Below are positions 6,148 through 8,660 of a stretch of DNA of 8,660 nucleotides, piece after piece; the first letter of the stretch is position 1; every line of letters begins with the position of its first letter. The stretch covers positions 1 through 8,660 of the forward strand of contig JAUWPI010000131.1 in the NCBI GenBank assembly GCA_030611665.1. The letters are read 5' to 3'. The notes beneath the pieces were generated by a model that was not told the DNA's origin, did no database searches, and was given only the letters and a program-made list of their open reading frames with translations. The translations under genes and the position numbers were made by a program. Origin of the DNA: Candidatus Heimdallarchaeota archaeon (GTDB lineage: Archaea; Asgardarchaeota; Heimdallarchaeia; Heimdallarchaeales; Heimdallarchaeaceae).

Positions 6148-8583
6148 TTATGACATGTCCTTACTCATCAAGCGATTAGCCAACTCTCTTTGTGCACAAT
6201 TAAGAACTCTATCGTTATAATCTAACTTCTTAGAAGAAAGAATTTGCTTCAACAGATCTTCGATGGTTGTAGAGAAAGTACCTAAGATGGCTTGTTCAAT
6301 TTCATAGTCAGAGAACTCCTTAACCAATATAGAACAAGCAAGTTGAGAGATCATTTTAGTGTTCACACACTCTTGCTTATTCATAATAGTGGAACAGAAA
6401 GTTTTGCAATAGTCATCCTTTGTTATTTTGCTTCTATCATTGTGAACAATGTGTATTCGGTCTTTGTTTCTCTTATTTTCCAAAGTGTTTTTCTCTTTCT
6501 TAGCAATAGGTGTGGGGCTAGCTATTGTCTTATTTTTCTTCTTTTTACCCTCCTTTCTGCCTCCCTTACTGGTTTTACTCATCTTATCGAATAGGGAAGT
6601 TCGCATATCGATGAAACTATCATAAAGATTAGAAGAGGAAGAAAGAGGATATTTGTTCTTAAGAAGTTCAAGGTATTGTGCACGTTTCATAGGTTCGCGG
6701 GAAAAATCAGCTGTAGTCATTTCTATTAACTGTTCTTGTCCATCAATCCACACAAAACAATTTCTGATGGGAAGTTTTTGCAGACGTTTACGTTCCTCAT
6801 CTTGGAAATCGAGAGCTTTAGCTATTTTCTCTACTGCTTGCCCTGAGCGAAAAAAGATTTTAGTAGAAGAATTGCCATGAACCACTTTACTCACACTATC
6901 CCACATCTGAGAGATGGTTATGTGACCAATACCCATACTTCGTCCAAGTAAGAAGTTATTTTCAGAAGTGATTAAAGATGCTGAGCTTTCTGTTCGATAG
7001 ATATTGGGAATGACATTTATCGCTTCTTCTAAAACAACAACATAACGAAGTTTGTTAGTAAGTTCTTTATTGGAAGCAAATCGATAGAATAACTTCAAAA
7101 TAAGATTACAAATTAGAAAAATGTCGGAAGGTCTTCCCCCTCTTCGTTGGAATTGGCTGAGATCTAAAATCACACAACTACCTTGATTTAGTGCTTCAAA
7201 ATCTAATGTTGTTTCTTTAACACCTATTATCCCAAAATTTATTGGATTGAAAATGAAATTTAATCTGTTAAGAACAGCGTCCATAGTAAGCTGAACTGAG
7301 GGAACATGACTTTTCTGTTTTGTAAGTGATTGCAGAATTTCTACAAATGTTTCCAAATCCCTTTCTTCAGCCTTATGTGTAAGAAACAGAGCAGTTTCGA
7401 AAAGATTCTTCATCGATGGACTGAATTCTTGGTTAGAATTAAGCATCATCTCTTCTATGATAAGCAGAGTACTATGAACATCATCTTCATCTTTTGTTTC
7501 AAAAATATTAATAGCTAAGGGATGAGGTGCTCCGATGGTGTAGATATCTACATTAGGGTCATCTACAAACGTAGAAGCATATTCTCCCTTAATATCAAAA
7601 ATTAGACAAGGAACTTCAAAACTGATAAGTTGATCAATGATGCTACAGACTAAACGTGTTTTCCCTCTCCCAATCATACCATAAATCTCTGTGTTAAAAA
7701 GTAGTTCCTCAATGCCGAGTAATATTTCCTCATCAGACATAGTAGATTGGTTGGTTCCTAGAAGAATAGATTGTTCATATTTCTTTATTATTTGCATTTT
7801 TTGCCCCAGAGGGAACTTCGTTCCTTTGTAATTTACTGGAAGATGAGTGTATTTGTGTAAATCTTCTAAAGAAACATACTGTGGTTTATTAAATGGAAAT
7901 ACTCTTCTTTTCCTTTTCAACCCTGTTGCATTAATAAAATGATTCAGAGCATTAGTATTATCTGAAAATGAAGTAATTTCCAGCATAAAGTTTGATGAAT
8001 TCTTTTCTTTTTGCTTCACTTCTAAGAGTAGAGAGAGGTTAGTATGTTCTGTATTTGATAAAGTACTATAGAACATTTCCAACGCGTCAGTTTCTATTTC
8101 ATTTAGAGAAGAGAAATCTATATTATTACTATAATTCTTCTTATTCAATGTCTGATAGAGAGATTTTGTTTGTTCCACGGATAGTAGTTGAGATGAACAG
8201 CCATAATATGTGCTCAATAGATTTGTAAGGAACACTATTTCCTTCTGAACTTTGTTTAGTAGTTTCTTTTTAGATAACCCTCTCTTTGAGATAAGAAAGA
8301 AAATGTTTACAGCTGATTCATGTTTTGAAATGAGCATTTGAAATGAATTGAAATGTGAAACTAAGGCTTGGGAAAAATTAGTGTGTGATTTTGAAGCTGA
8401 AAAACCTCTACCTATAATCTCATTATCCACAGAACTTACTTGTAAAACATTGGTTATCTTATAGAAGGGGAAGAAGAGTTTCTTTTTGATGAAAGAATGT
8501 TCATCTACTGCAATAATATAAGGAGAAAAACGATAAAGAAGCGTCAATAAAACTATAACACAAAGAACTATGCTCACAGACAA
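6148..8583 (-). CDS. membrane-anchored HerA/FtsK-superfamily (DUF87-like) P-loop ATPase with an uncharacterised N-terminal domain, Lys-rich linker and small C-terminal domain; the true start may lie beyond the window
   Basis: Walker A is IYGMIGRGKTRL (7657..7680), followed by CLIFDIKGEYAS (HerA/DUF87 pattern ifD.hGEY). It also has VILDLSQF, Walker B RYVVVLEEAINVIP (7021..7044), and GRSMGIGHITISQMWDSVSKVVHGNSSTKIFFR (sQ.p..l...v..n..t.i.fr). A hydrophobic N-terminal TM is present. The track start at 8583 is TTG, and the same frame stays open upstream to 8660 (...FLYFFYSLSDTSTDLWITLKNSQIT). Confidence 0.8.
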   Translation of the reverse strand: MSVSIVLCVIVLLTLLYRFSPYIIAVDEHSFIKKKLFFPFYKITNVLQVSSVDNEIIGRGFSASKSHTNFSQALVSHFNSFQMLISKHESAVNIFFLISKRGLSKKKLLNKVQKEIVFLTNLLSTYYGCSSQLLSVEQTKSLYQTLNKKNYSNNIDFSSLNEIETDALEMFYSTLSNTEHTNLSLLLEVKQKEKNSSNFMLEITSFSDNTNALNHFINATGLKRKRRVFPFNKPQYVSLEDLHKYTHLPVNYKGTKFPLGQKMQIIKKYEQSILLGTNQSTMSDEEILLGIEELLFNTEIYGMIGRGKTRLVCSIIDQLISFEVPCLIFDIKGEYASTFVDDPNVDIYTIGAPHPLAINIFETKDEDDVHSTLLIIEEMMLNSNQEFSPSMKNLFETALFLTHKAEERDLETFVEILQSLTKQKSHVPSVQLTMDAVLNRLNFIFNPINFGIIGVKETTLDFEALNQGSCVILDLSQFQRRGGRPSDIFLICNLILKLFYRFASNKELTNKLRYVVVLEEAINVIPNIYRTESSASLITSENNFLLGRSMGIGHITISQMWDSVSKVVHGNSSTKIFFRSGQAVEKIAKALDFQDEERKRLQKLPIRNCFVWIDGQEQLIEMTTADFSREPMKRAQYLELLKNKYPLSSSSNLYDSFIDMRTSLFDKMSKTSKGGRKEGKKKKNKTIASPTPIAKKEKNTLENKRNKDRIHIVHNDRSKITKDDYCKTFCSTIMNKQECVNTKMISQLACSILVKEFSDYEIEQAILGTFSTTIEDLLKQILSSKKLDYNDRVLNCAQRELANRLMSKDMS

Positions 8584-8660
8584 GGTTATCTGGGAATTCT
8601 TGAGTGTTATCCATAGATCGGTAGAGGTATCTGAGAGTGAATAGAAGAAGTATAAAAAGC

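Noticed and set aside
6292-7518. Plus-strand ORFs 6292..6594, 6653..6880 and 7330..7518
   Set aside because: They are antisense shadows within the 811-aa ATPase gene. They are hydrophobic or low-complexity with no motifs.
8612-8614. Minus-strand ATG (MDNTQEFPDNLV...) as the start of the ATPase
   Set aside because: It is in a different frame from the ATPase ORF and terminates after about 37 codons. The ATPase frame itself has no ATG before aa 83, so it uses TTG at 8583 or starts beyond the window.

Overview
AT-rich, apparently archaeal window: BRE/TATA-like promoters, several likely leaderless starts, an archaeal-type 5S sequence and a type II tRNA-Ser with encoded CCA. Left to right it holds: the 5' end of a MiaB/MtaB-like methylthiotransferase (-); an RPA32-like OB-fold plus winged-helix protein (+); a small hypothetical protein (-); a ~51% G+C island (1549-1729, -) that reads as a circularly permuted 5S rRNA gene; an ICMT/PEMT-family membrane methyltransferase (-); a decayed TnpB C-terminal remnant (-) lying between a degenerate tRNA-Ser copy and an intact tRNA-Ser(GCU) (+); a 5'-truncated VIT1/CCC1 transporter fragment (-); a full-length stand-alone TnpB (IS200/IS605-family, no TnpA) with a long structured 3' region (-); and a large membrane-anchored HerA/FtsK-superfamily (DUF87-like) ATPase (-) whose frame stays open to the window edge. 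The strongest finding is the permuted 5S. Its 3' two-thirds are encoded upstream of its 5' third. The native ends (helix I) are fused by a UUCG tetraloop, and new ends lie at loop B, clamped by a 10-bp helix that looks like a relic of a tandem duplication. All calls come from reading the sequence by eye; no searches or folding programs were run.
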